64,000 nt of DNA, taken from an uncultured Pelagibacteraceae bacterium. GTDB lineage: Bacteria > Pseudomonadota > Alphaproteobacteria > Pelagibacterales > AG-422-B15. Shown here in pieces: positions 43,019-52,120 of this stretch (its first letter is position 1; each line of letters begins with the position of its first letter). The stretch lies in assembly GCA_902589175.1 (NCBI GenBank), contig CACIRX010000005.1, positions 5,708 through 69,707 of the forward strand. Direction: 5' to 3'. Made by a program: the position numbers and the translations under genes. The notes beneath the pieces are model-generated. The model ran no database searches. It saw nothing but the letters and a program-made list of their open reading frames with translations, and was not told the origin of the DNA.

Positions 43019-43965
43019 CCGTAATATCAACTCAATATGCATCAGGAATTGTAGCTGCAACTGAAAAGGCAGCAATTGCATCTTCTAAATTAATAGGTCT
43101 TGGTGACGAAAAAGCAGCAGATCAAGTTGCTGTAGACGCAATGAGAACAGCTTTAAACGCAATTGATTTTGATGGCAGAATTGTTATTGGTGAAGGTGAG
43201 AGAGATGAAGCGCCAATGCTTTATATTGGAGAGGAAGTAGGAACTGGCAAAAATCACGAAGTTGATATTGCGTTAGATCCTTTAGAAGGAACCACTATAA
43301 CAGCAAAGGGTATGCCAAATTCATTATCTGTAGTAGCTGCAGCTCAAAAAGGAGGGTTGCTCTATGCGCCAGACACTTACATGAATAAGATTGCAGTTGG
43401 CAGTAGTCTTCCAAAAGATGTAATAGATCTTGATGCTGCTGTTGAAGATAACATAAAAAGTATCGCGGAAGCTAAAAAAGTTAAAATTAGTGAAGTTACT
43501 GCCTGTGTATTAGAAAGACCCAGACATGATGATATAATTGAGTCTTTAAGGACAATTGGCTCAAAAATTGTTCTTATTCCTGACGGCGATGTAGCAGGTG
43601 TAATTATGACAACACAAGAACATAATCCAGTTGATATTTACCTTGGCATCGGTGGAGCTCCTGAAGGAGTTTTAGCTGCTGCAGCACTGCAATGCATTGG
43701 CGGTCAAATGCAAACTAGACTTGTAATCAATAATGATGATGAAAAAAAAAGAGCTGAAAAGATTGGTATTAAAGACCTAGAAAAAAAATATAATCTTAAT
43801 GAACTTGCACACGGCGATATTATCTTTTCTGCTACAGGCGTAACAGAAGGTACTATGGTTAGAGGAGTAAGATCTGACAGCAGTCACTACATAACCCATT
43901 CACTAGTTCTAAGAACTGGCGAAGCTGCATCTCAATATATCGAGACTTATCACAAAAAAGATTGA
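43015..43965 (+). CDS. glpX: Fructose-1,6-bisphosphatase class II
   Basis: VIGEGERDEAPML, DPLEGT, DGDV, GIGGAPEGV and ATGVT motifs. Confidence 0.96.
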   Translation: MTVISTQYASGIVAATEKAAIASSKLIGLGDEKAADQVAVDAMRTALNAIDFDGRIVIGEGERDEAPMLYIGEEVGTGKNHEVDIALDPLEGTTITAKGMPNSLSVVAAAQKGGLLYAPDTYMNKIAVGSSLPKDVIDLDAAVEDNIKSIAEAKKVKISEVTACVLERPRHDDIIESLRTIGSKIVLIPDGDVAGVIMTTQEHNPVDIYLGIGGAPEGVLAAAALQCIGGQMQTRLVINNDDEKKRAEKIGIKDLEKKYNLNELAHGDIIFSATGVTEGTMVRGVRSDSSHYITHSLVLRTGEAASQYIETYHKKD

Positions 43966-43968
43966 ACT

Positions 43969-45750
43969 ATGAGAAAAGATTCTTTCGACGAAGATTTTTT
44001 TTCTCTAACAAATAAAAAATGGTCTTTAAAAGAATACAGCGAAAAAGATACGGAATATATTTCGCAAAGTTACGAAGTAAGCCCGCTAGTTGCGAAATTA
44101 CTAAGTATTAGAAAAGTAAATTTAGACGACATTATTTCTTATATAAGTCCCTCATTAAAAGAAAGTTTACCTGATCCATACGTTTTAGTAGACATGGAAA
44201 AAGCCTGCGAGAGACTTTATCAGGCAATAATTAATAAAGAACGAATTGCTGTATTTGGTGATTATGATGTTGATGGCTCAACCTCGACTTCGACTTTAAT
44301 TAATTATTTTAAACAAATTTCAGTGAATCTAAAATTTCATATACCCGATAGATTTAGTGAAGGATATGGACCCAGTGTAGATAGTTTTTCAAATTTTAAA
44401 AAAAGAGATGTAAAAATTATTTTTACCGTCGATTGCGGAACAATGGCCTTTTCTGAGATTGAATATGCGAGAGAGCAAGGTATGGATGTAATTGTCTTAG
44501 ATCATCACATTCCAGAAATAAAACTACCAAAAGCAACAGCAATTATAAATCCAAACAGAATGGACGATAATTCAGGATTAAACTATCTTTCTGCAGTTGG
44601 TGTAACGTATATGTTCATTATCGGGCTTAACCGGAAATTAAGACGTGAAGACTGGTTTAAAAAAAATAACCTAAAAGAACCAAACCTTATTGCATTGTTA
44701 GATCTTGTTGCCTTAGGAACTGTTTGCGATGCTGTTCCACTAAAAGGATTAAATCGAATTCTAGTTTCAAAGGGAATCGACGTGATACAAAAACGATTAA
44801 ATCCAGGTTTAAATTCATTGATTGAAAAATCAAATATAAAATCAAAAGTAAGTGTTCATGATCTTGGTTTCAAGATTGGTCCAAGAATTAACGCTGGCGG
44901 AAGATTAGGTTTTTCAAACTTTGGCACAGACTTATTAACTGAAAGTGAAAAAAGTAAAATCGATAGTATCTCAAACGATTTAGACAAATTTAATTCTGAG
45001 AGACGTACTATAGAAAGTTATGTTTTAGATCAAGCTATCGCCCAAGTTGATGATAAAAAACTAAAAAATAAACTACTGATCGTATCTGGCGAAGGATGGC
45101 ATGAGGGGGTAATTGGTATTATTGCAAGTCGACTTAAAGATAAATTTAATAAGCCTAGCATTGTTTTCTCGATAAACAATGGCGAAGCTAAAGGTTCCGG
45201 ACGCTCAATAAAAGGCATCGATCTTGGACAGTTAGTTATTTCTGCTGTTCAAAGTAATTTGCTTAAAAAAGGCGGAGGACACTCAATGGCAGCTGGATTA
45301 ACAATAGAGTCTAAAAAGATAGAAGAATTAGAAAAATTTTTTGAAAAACAATTGACCAATAAAGTAATAAATACTCAAGATAATAAAATTTTATTTGCTG
45401 ATGACATTTTAAGTACATCAGCAATCAATTTAGATGTTCATAGGGAAATTGAAAAAATTGGTCCTTTTGGATCAGAGAATCCTGAACCATCTTTTATTTT
45501 TAAAAATGTGATACTCGCGACCGTTGATCAAATAGGTGAGGAGCATTTTAAATGTCTTATTAAATCTGATGGAGGAAAATTTATTGAAGCGATGGCTTTC
45601 AGAAGTGCAAAAACACAGCTTGGAGAAGAATTAATAAAAAATAAGGGTTCATCAGTTTGCTTATTCGGCAAAATAAAGATCAATGAGTGGGGGGGTAAAA
45701 AAATACCTCAAATACATATTATTGATATTTCCGCATCACAAAATAGTTAA
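43969..45750 (+). CDS. recJ: Single-stranded DNA exonuclease RecJ
   Basis: GDYDVDG, EGYG, TVDCG, DHH, GPRINAGGRL, GGH.MAAG and PFG..NP.P motifs. Confidence 0.96.
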   Translation: MRKDSFDEDFFSLTNKKWSLKEYSEKDTEYISQSYEVSPLVAKLLSIRKVNLDDIISYISPSLKESLPDPYVLVDMEKACERLYQAIINKERIAVFGDYDVDGSTSTSTLINYFKQISVNLKFHIPDRFSEGYGPSVDSFSNFKKRDVKIIFTVDCGTMAFSEIEYAREQGMDVIVLDHHIPEIKLPKATAIINPNRMDDNSGLNYLSAVGVTYMFIIGLNRKLRREDWFKKNNLKEPNLIALLDLVALGTVCDAVPLKGLNRILVSKGIDVIQKRLNPGLNSLIEKSNIKSKVSVHDLGFKIGPRINAGGRLGFSNFGTDLLTESEKSKIDSISNDLDKFNSERRTIESYVLDQAIAQVDDKKLKNKLLIVSGEGWHEGVIGIIASRLKDKFNKPSIVFSINNGEAKGSGRSIKGIDLGQLVISAVQSNLLKKGGGHSMAAGLTIESKKIEELEKFFEKQLTNKVINTQDNKILFADDILSTSAINLDVHREIEKIGPFGSENPEPSFIFKNVILATVDQIGEEHFKCLIKSDGGKFIEAMAFRSAKTQLGEELIKNKGSSVCLFGKIKINEWGGKKIPQIHIIDISASQNS

Positions 45751-45797
45751 TCAATTATTGATTTAGACCGATTATTAGATATATAAATAAGATACAA

Positions 45798-45873
45798 GGT
45801 CCCTTCGTCTAGCGGTTAGGATATCTGGTTTTCATCCAGAAGATCACGGGTTCGAATCCCGTAGGGACCGCCA
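45798..45873 (+). tRNA. tRNA-Glu (anticodon TTC)
   Basis: GGTCCCT/AGGGACC acceptor plus GCCA, TCTGG-TT-TTC-AT-CCAGA anticodon arm, GGTTCGAATCC T-loop. Confidence 0.97.
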
Positions 45874-45889
45874 TTTTTATGGTCTTATC

Positions 45890-45905
45890 TGTGACAAAAT
45901 GTCAG
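45890..45905. promoter_or_regulatory. Palindrome TGACA-N3-TGTCA upstream of aox; candidate RegA/PrrA-type box
   Basis: TGTGACAAAATGTCAG lies about 55 nt before the aox ATG. The factor assignment is inference. Confidence 0.4.
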
Positions 45906-45960
45906 TAAAACATCCGTTTTATAGTATTTAATTTCTATAAATAAATATTATCTATTTAGT

Positions 45961-46629
45961 ATGAACGAAATGTTTAAGCACTATAAACCAATAAACAATA
46001 GTGACCGCATAGCTCTATTGTTTACAAAAGCCCTCCGTCTTTTCGCTGATCTTTTCTTTAAAAAACGTTACGGGCACAGAGCGGTTATATTAGAGACTGT
46101 AGCAGCTGTCCCTGGAATGGTCGCTGGCATGCTTAATCACTTAAAAAGCCTTAGAAATATGGAGCAAGATAGAGGCTGGATCAAAACACTTTTAGATGAA
46201 GCTGAAAACGAAAGAATGCATTTAATGACTTTTATTAATATTGCAAAGCCATCAGTTTTTGAGAGATTTTTAGTAATAATGGTGCAAGGAATATTTTTTA
46301 ATCTTTATTTTGTAATGTATTTAGTTTCACCTCGTACCTGCCATAGGATTGTGGGATATTTTGAGGAGCAAGCAATTATAAGTTACACAGAATATTTAGA
46401 TGAAATTGAAAATGGAAATATTGAAAACGTTAAAGCACCTCAGATAGCAATTGATTATTGGGGTTTATCACAGTTTGCAAAATTAAAAGATGTTATCATT
46501 GCCGTTAGAAACGACGAGATGGGTCATCGTGACGTTAACCATGAATTTGTAACACTTATTGATCAAAAAGACCATAAAGAGACTTATACAGATTCTAGGG
46601 AAATACTCTCAAAAGATAATACTAAATAA
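45961..46629 (+). CDS. aox: Alternative oxidase (di-iron ubiquinol oxidase)
   Basis: [27 protein letters not shown] and R.DE..HRDVNH di-iron motifs. Confidence 0.95.
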   Translation: MNEMFKHYKPINNSDRIALLFTKALRLFADLFFKKRYGHRAVILETVAAVPGMVAGMLNHLKSLRNMEQDRGWIKTLLDEAENERMHLMTFINIAKPSVFERFLVIMVQGIFFNLYFVMYLVSPRTCHRIVGYFEEQAIISYTEYLDEIENGNIENVKAPQIAIDYWGLSQFAKLKDVIIAVRNDEMGHRDVNHEFVTLIDQKDHKETYTDSREILSKDNTK

Positions 46630-46636
46630 GTTTATA

Positions 46637-47050
46637 ATGTTGGAATTTGGAATTTTTCTACATTCTTTAATTATTGGATTTATGATTTTTTTTATGTCTG
46701 TTGTAACCCCATCTGTATTTTCAATTTTAAATGAAGATGAAGCAGGCAAGTTATTACGAGTTATTTTTCCCAGAATGTTCATTTATGGGTTAATCATTAC
46801 TATTTTATCGTGTGCTGTTTTTTTTGTAATTAGCATAATTGATTTTCTAATTATATCGTTGGTTTCCGCTGCTTTCTTTTTAATCAATCTCATTTATCTA
46901 ACTCCTAGAATCAATATTTATAGAGATAAATTTAAAGGTGGTATCGTTGAGGCTGAAAAAAAATTTAAAATGCTTCATTTTTTCTCAGTAGTTTTATTTA
47001 TTTCACAGCTTTTTGGATCTATCTTTATTGTATTTGTATATTTTTATTAG
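46637..47050 (+). CDS. DUF4149/TMEM205-like four-TM membrane protein
   Basis: G...FF..VV.P..F..L....AG..LR.IFP, L.P.IN..RD and F..LH..SV pattern. Start re-placed at ATG 46637. Confidence 0.78.
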   Translation: MLEFGIFLHSLIIGFMIFFMSVVTPSVFSILNEDEAGKLLRVIFPRMFIYGLIITILSCAVFFVISIIDFLIISLVSAAFFLINLIYLTPRINIYRDKFKGGIVEAEKKFKMLHFFSVVLFISQLFGSIFIVFVYFY

Positions 47051-47059
47051 GAGGACAAT

Positions 47060-47242
47060 ATGAAAATTTTAAAAACATTTGAAGATGCAAAGCTAATTAT
47101 AGTTGATCTTGAGGTCAATCTAGGTAATCAGAAAAGAAGTGCTCCAACCTTGTGCGCACAGTATGATGGAAAAATTATTCCCCTAAATACAGCTCATGAT
47201 GGAAGACCTATACTTATGAATATAGATAATGCGATTGAGTAA
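47060..47242 (+). CDS. Small hypothetical protein (60 aa)
   Basis: Strong SD AGGAGG 5 nt upstream of ATG; fills the gap between neighbours; globular-looking sequence (APTLC, IIPLNT..DGRPI). Confidence 0.7.
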   Translation: MKILKTFEDAKLIIVDLEVNLGNQKRSAPTLCAQYDGKIIPLNTAHDGRPILMNIDNAIE

Positions 47243-47252
47243 ATAAATTTGC

Positions 47253-48731
47253 TTAGCTTGTATGCTCTCTGATAAAAATTTCCGCCTTCTGTAGTATTCT
47301 TCTCTTTCGATCCTGTTTCATTTTATCAAATACATTTACCATCATATTTAGTCTTGGGTTGCTACTGAAAAACTTTCTATTTTTATTTATAAATCTCCAA
47401 TATAAACCATCGACAGTCTCACACCACTCTCCCTTTTTGAAGTCCATCATTTTCAAATAATAACTTGAACCACAAATATATGGTTTGGTTGCGAAGATGC
47501 CTCCATCACTAAATAGTCCCATCCCATAGACATTTGGCACCATCACCCATTCAGAGGAGTCAGCAAACATTTCCATAAACCATTTATAGACATATTTTGG
47601 GTGTATTTCACACAAGTTCATTAAACTAGACAGTATCATTAGCCGTTCAATATGATGCGTCCAACCAAAATTAAGAGCATTTTTAATTGAATGATCTAAA
47701 GGGGGTATACCTGTTTCAGCAGTATACCAATCATTTTTGAGTTTTCTTTTATGATTAAAAAAATTAGATGATTCCATTTTAGGCGAGTAGTTATGATAAA
47801 TACCTCTCATAAATTCTCGCCATCCAATAACTTGTCTAATGTATCCCTCAAGTGAATTTATACTTATCTTTCCTTTATATTTTTTTAATCTATTAATTAT
47901 TTCTTGGGGTGTAATCAATCCTATATTAATAAGTGGGCTTAATGCGCTATGAAACAGGATATTATCTCTTTGACTTACTGCGTCTTCGTAGTCTCCAAAT
48001 AAATTCAGTTTATTTTTAATGAAATCGTCCAGCCAATCTGATGCATCTTTATGTGTTGTTGGTAGCCAAAAGTTATTTGTACTACCAGGGTGTTTTTTAA
48101 ATTTTTCTTCTATGAAGTTTTTTAAATGTTTTGTGTGTTTGGTTTCACTTGATTTAGGTTGTTTTGGAAGTTTTAGGTCTTGTGGGAGTTTTTTTCTATT
48201 ATCTTTATCAAAGCTCCATTTGCCACCGACAGGTTTTTCGTTTTCAATTAGTAAGTCAAATTTTAATCTACTTTCTTTATAATAAGTTGCCATGAAAGGC
48301 TTTTTTTGTTTTGACAGATATTTTTTAAAATCATCACGTGAATTAAGAAACATAGGTGTTTGTATTACGTTATGCTCAAGATTTTTTTGAATAATAAATT
48401 TTTTAATACGTTTTTCGAATGGTGTATCTTCAATTTCAAAGTGGCTTATTTTATTTATTTTATGTTTTTTTATAGATTTTTCTAATTTATCTTCATACTT
48501 TTTTTCAAAATTGTTTTTACAGTCATAATAGTCAACTGAAAAACCTTTCTTTATTAATAAATCTCGGTAACTTCTCATAGAGGAGAGAAACTGAAGAATT
48601 TTTAACTTATGATGTTTTTCATACGAACACAGACCAAGATCCTCACACATGAATATCTTATTCTTTTTATATTTACTTAGATGTTTTGGATCAAAAAGCT
48701 GATTTCCTAGAATAATAAAAAGATCGCTCAT
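47253..48731 (-). CDS. Bacterial (6-4) photolyase / cryptochrome, PhrB-CryB family, Fe-S-less subtype
   Basis: ILGNQLF, HHKLK, P.GGKWSFDKDNR, FGDYEDA, FHS.LS, EGYIRQVIGWREF, HHIERLM, WVM.PNV.GM and TKPY motifs. Confidence 0.9.
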   Translation of the reverse strand: MSDLFIILGNQLFDPKHLSKYKKNKIFMCEDLGLCSYEKHHKLKILQFLSSMRSYRDLLIKKGFSVDYYDCKNNFEKKYEDKLEKSIKKHKINKISHFEIEDTPFEKRIKKFIIQKNLEHNVIQTPMFLNSRDDFKKYLSKQKKPFMATYYKESRLKFDLLIENEKPVGGKWSFDKDNRKKLPQDLKLPKQPKSSETKHTKHLKNFIEEKFKKHPGSTNNFWLPTTHKDASDWLDDFIKNKLNLFGDYEDAVSQRDNILFHSALSPLINIGLITPQEIINRLKKYKGKISINSLEGYIRQVIGWREFMRGIYHNYSPKMESSNFFNHKRKLKNDWYTAETGIPPLDHSIKNALNFGWTHHIERLMILSSLMNLCEIHPKYVYKWFMEMFADSSEWVMVPNVYGMGLFSDGGIFATKPYICGSSYYLKMMDFKKGEWCETVDGLYWRFINKNRKFFSSNPRLNMMVNVFDKMKQDRKRRILQKAEIFIREHTS

Positions 48732-48746
48732 AAGTAATTAAAAGAA

Positions 48747-49292
48747 TTAAAGCTGAAGAGCTTTTTCTATTTCACTTATAAATTTTTTAGAGGACGGACG
48801 AGTTAATGCCGTATAGCCTGCAATTGCATTACCATCTTTGCCAATTATAATTTTATGAAAATTCCACCTAGGAACTCCTCCGATAAAACCTAATTCTTTT
48901 TTGGACCATTTGAAAAATGGATGAGCATCTTTACCTTTGACAACATTTTTTTCTGTAAGTGGAAACGTTATACTAAAAGTACTTTCACAAAATTCTTTTA
49001 CTTCACTATTTGTACCTGACTCTTGATTTCCAAAATCATTTGATGGGACACCCAATACAACCAGACCTTGATCTTTATAATCATCATAAAGTTTTTGTAG
49101 CCCATCGTATTGATAAGTAAAACCGCATAAACTTGCAGTGTTTACAACGACAAGCGTTTTACCCTTGTAGTCTGACAGGTTAATCACATCTTCTTCATTA
49201 ATATCTTTAAAAGAATAACTATATGCATTTTCTGACATTGAGGATCCTGTGTTTAAGAGAAATATAAGGCAAAAAGTTAAAAAAACTCTCAT
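48747..49292 (-). CDS. Glutathione peroxidase family protein (Cys type)
   Basis: VVNTASLCGFT.QY, LGVPSNDFG.QE and PRWNFHK motifs; possible signal peptide. Confidence 0.92.
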   Translation of the reverse strand: MRVFLTFCLIFLLNTGSSMSENAYSYSFKDINEEDVINLSDYKGKTLVVVNTASLCGFTYQYDGLQKLYDDYKDQGLVVLGVPSNDFGNQESGTNSEVKEFCESTFSITFPLTEKNVVKGKDAHPFFKWSKKELGFIGGVPRWNFHKIIIGKDGNAIAGYTALTRPSSKKFISEIEKALQL

Positions 49293-49298
49293 TCTGAA

Positions 49299-50591
49299 TT
49301 AAAAATTTATCAATATATGCACATAGACACTTGCAAAGTATCCAATTGCAATAATTGGTGTCCATTTTAAATGACCAAAGAAAGTATACATACCTCTTGA
49401 CTGACCCATTAAAGCAACGCCTGCTGCAGATCCAATAGACAACATACTGCCGCCAACACCAGCAGTTAAAGTAACAAGCAGCCATTGTGAGTCTGGCATC
49501 GCAGGTTCCATTGTTAATACTGCAAACATCACTGGAATATTATCTACAATAGCTGAGAGTATGCCAACTAAGACATTGGCAGTAGTTGCACCCAAGTCTG
49601 TGTACATAAATTCTGATACGTATTCTAGATAGCCTATGAAGCCCAGGCCTCCAACAGACAGAATTACACCAAAGAAAAATAATAAAGTATCCCACTCAAC
49701 ACGAGCAACATTCTCGAAGAAGTCATATTTTTGCTCCTCAATGTCTTTAACACTAATTTTAATATAAAAACTGTAGAGCTGTAAGTATGCCAGACCAGTC
49801 ATCATTCCAAACACTGGAGGAAGATGTAAAAAATTATGAAAACTTACAGCAGTCACAATTGTTAAAAGACCAAGTAGAATAATTGTCTTTCCGCCATATT
49901 TGATTGTTACGCTTGTCTCTGCAACATCGGGCTTATGATCTGAAACAAAAAAGTGCATTATGCTTGCAGGAATAATATAATTTACAACAGATGGAATAAC
50001 CAAAGCAAAGAATTGTAAAAAGTCTAATTGACCAGCTTGCCATACCATTAAAGTTGTAATATCGCCAAAAGGACTAAATGCACCACCTGCATTTGCAGCG
50101 ACAACAATATTCACACAGGCTAATCCAACAAACTTAGGACTTGATGAACCTACAGCTACTACAACCGCACATAACACTAAAGCAGTTGTTAGATTATCAG
50201 CTAATGGAGACAAGAAAAATGCTAATACGCCTGTAATCCAGAATAATTGTCTGTAACTAAATTGATTTTTAATCAACCACGACTTAAGAGAATTAAACAC
50301 GTTGCGTTCTTCAAGTGCATTTATATATGTCATTGCAACTAAGAGGAAAAAAGCAAGTTCTGTATATTCTAGAAAGCTGTGTCTAATTTCATGTTCAACC
50401 ATTTCGTAATGAGGAGTGTTGGAATATGCAATTGCAATCATTCCCCATATTAAGCCAGCCGCAAGTACAACCGGTTTTGATTTTCTTAAATGAGTGAATT
50501 CTTCTGCCATCACAAATGCATAAGCGATGACAAAGACAACTAAAGCTGAGAAACCAGCCCAGTGATAGGTTAAATCTAATGAGTGTTCCAT
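49299..50591 (-). CDS. nhaD: Na+/H+ antiporter NhaD family
   Basis: EE..HLRKSKP, FFLLVAMTYIN, ADNLTTAL, ANAGGAFSPFGDITTLMVW, VDNIP and GSAAGVALMG motifs. Start re-placed at ATG 50591. Confidence 0.92.
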   Translation of the reverse strand: MEHSLDLTYHWAGFSALVVFVIAYAFVMAEEFTHLRKSKPVVLAAGLIWGMIAIAYSNTPHYEMVEHEIRHSFLEYTELAFFLLVAMTYINALEERNVFNSLKSWLIKNQFSYRQLFWITGVLAFFLSPLADNLTTALVLCAVVVAVGSSSPKFVGLACVNIVVAANAGGAFSPFGDITTLMVWQAGQLDFLQFFALVIPSVVNYIIPASIMHFFVSDHKPDVAETSVTIKYGGKTIILLGLLTIVTAVSFHNFLHLPPVFGMMTGLAYLQLYSFYIKISVKDIEEQKYDFFENVARVEWDTLLFFFGVILSVGGLGFIGYLEYVSEFMYTDLGATTANVLVGILSAIVDNIPVMFAVLTMEPAMPDSQWLLVTLTAGVGGSMLSIGSAAGVALMGQSRGMYTFFGHLKWTPIIAIGYFASVYVHILINF

Positions 50592-52120
50592 AACTTGCCT
50601 TTCATAAATACGTATGAAGCTCCAAAGTAACAGATGCAAAACATTAGCAATATTAGAGAAACTGAATATGCTTCATCCATCCTATAACTTCCCATAAGTC
50701 TATATATTGTTTGAGTTAGAGTTGACAAGCTATTCGTACCAAAAAAGGAAATGATAACGAGATCACTTGCAGATAGTATTGAAGATACTGAGAAAGCGGT
50801 AATTATTGGTACTTTTAGTCTAGGAAAATCAATAATTAGAAATCTCTGTAATCCATACATGTTGATACTTTTTGAGATGTCTTCATTCTCATGTGTAACT
50901 TTAAAGTAAGACGGTGCTAGAAAGTTATATGTAAATGGCAGTGAAAAAATTGCGTTTAGAACGATAACAATAAGAATATTTGGTATATCAAACAAGCTGA
51001 TTTTAAATAATAAAATATAATATCCAACAGCCATTACAACTGGCGAAAATATAATAAGTGAATAAATCAATATTTCTGTAAAATATTTTTTGCGATAGAT
51101 CAAATTAAGGTAGTTGAGAGCTACAAAAACTGAAATAGTTCCTGAAAAAAAACAAATCACAAATGTGTTATTTATTGCATGCCATAAATATGATGATGAA
51201 AATATATTTATTAGTTCTTTATTGAATCCATTTAAGATTATGAAGCATATCGGAGAAAAAATGAAAATAGATATCAGTATTATGAATATAATTTCAAAAT
51301 AGAAAAAAAATCCTCTTTTTTTATTTTCATAAAAATTTCTTTGTTCATCAATTATAAAATTTGAACTTTTAAAATTTTTAAAGAAAGCAGCGTATATGAA
51401 AAGACATATTGATAATTGTATAAGCAATAAATTTAGGGCTGCATCAAAATCATTATTAAAAATTACAGAATAATAAATCGCTACTTCTAAAGTTGAATAT
51501 TTTGGGCTTCCACCCAGAATTAAAACTGGGGTAAAGCTTACAAAGCATATAAAAAAGACAATAACAAAGAGACTGGGTATATTTTTTTTTATAATAGGCC
51601 ATTCAATAGCAAAGAAAATTCCTAACTTGTCCAAAGACATTTGTTTTGCAAGCATATATTCATTTGAACTGATATCATTTAGACTTTGAAATATAATTCT
51701 TGTTATTAATGGAGTGTTTAAAATTGTATGACCAAGTAATATGCCAATTATTCCATAAATAGAAAAATATTGTCCGTAAAATGTTAGGATTCCAAATACT
51801 GATAGTATTGTTGGCAATACAAATAAAATTGACAAAAAATTTACGATAAGTTTTATGGTTTTATGATGCCTGTGCCTTATTAATAAAAGTGCAAATACGG
51901 AACCTATTACTATAGAAAAAAAGGCAGAGGCAAATGATTGAAAGATTGTAAAAAAAATAATGATAAAATAATAATTTGAGAAATTAAGTGTGAAACTAAA
52001 ATTGTAATAATAAACTAAACTAAATACAGGCAACACAACTGCCGCTAAAACGAGAAAAAAAACTCCTATTGGAATTAGATCTTTTATATTAGCCTGCAAT
52101 AGTCTCAAGCCAAGTTTCAA
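50576..52120 (-). CDS. thiP: Thiamine ABC transporter permease ThiP
   Basis: Duplicated ABC permease; FT..Q...SA, GI.LGH..LN.PL, F.PVLILGGSPKYSTLEVAIY and GSYR motifs; follows thiB. Exact TTG start uncertain. Confidence 0.82.
   Translation of the reverse strand: MKLGLRLLQANIKDLIPIGVFFLVLAAVVLPVFSLVYYYNFSFTLNFSNYYFIIIFFTIFQSFASAFFSIVIGSVFALLLIRHRHHKTIKLIVNFLSILFVLPTILSVFGILTFYGQYFSIYGIIGILLGHTILNTPLITRIIFQSLNDISSNEYMLAKQMSLDKLGIFFAIEWPIIKKNIPSLFVIVFFICFVSFTPVLILGGSPKYSTLEVAIYYSVIFNNDFDAALNLLLIQLSICLFIYAAFFKNFKSSNFIIDEQRNFYENKKRGFFFYFEIIFIILISIFIFSPICFIILNGFNKELINIFSSSYLWHAINNTFVICFFSGTISVFVALNYLNLIYRKKYFTEILIYSLIIFSPVVMAVGYYILLFKISLFDIPNILIVIVLNAIFSLPFTYNFLAPSYFKVTHENEDISKSINMYGLQRFLIIDFPRLKVPIITAFSVSSILSASDLVIISFFGTNSLSTLTQTIYRLMGSYRMDEAYSVSLILLMFCICYFGASYVFMKGKLWNTH

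Noticed and set aside
48747-49292. Possible selenocysteine glutathione peroxidase
   Set aside because: The active-site codon is TGC (Cys); there is no in-frame TGA.
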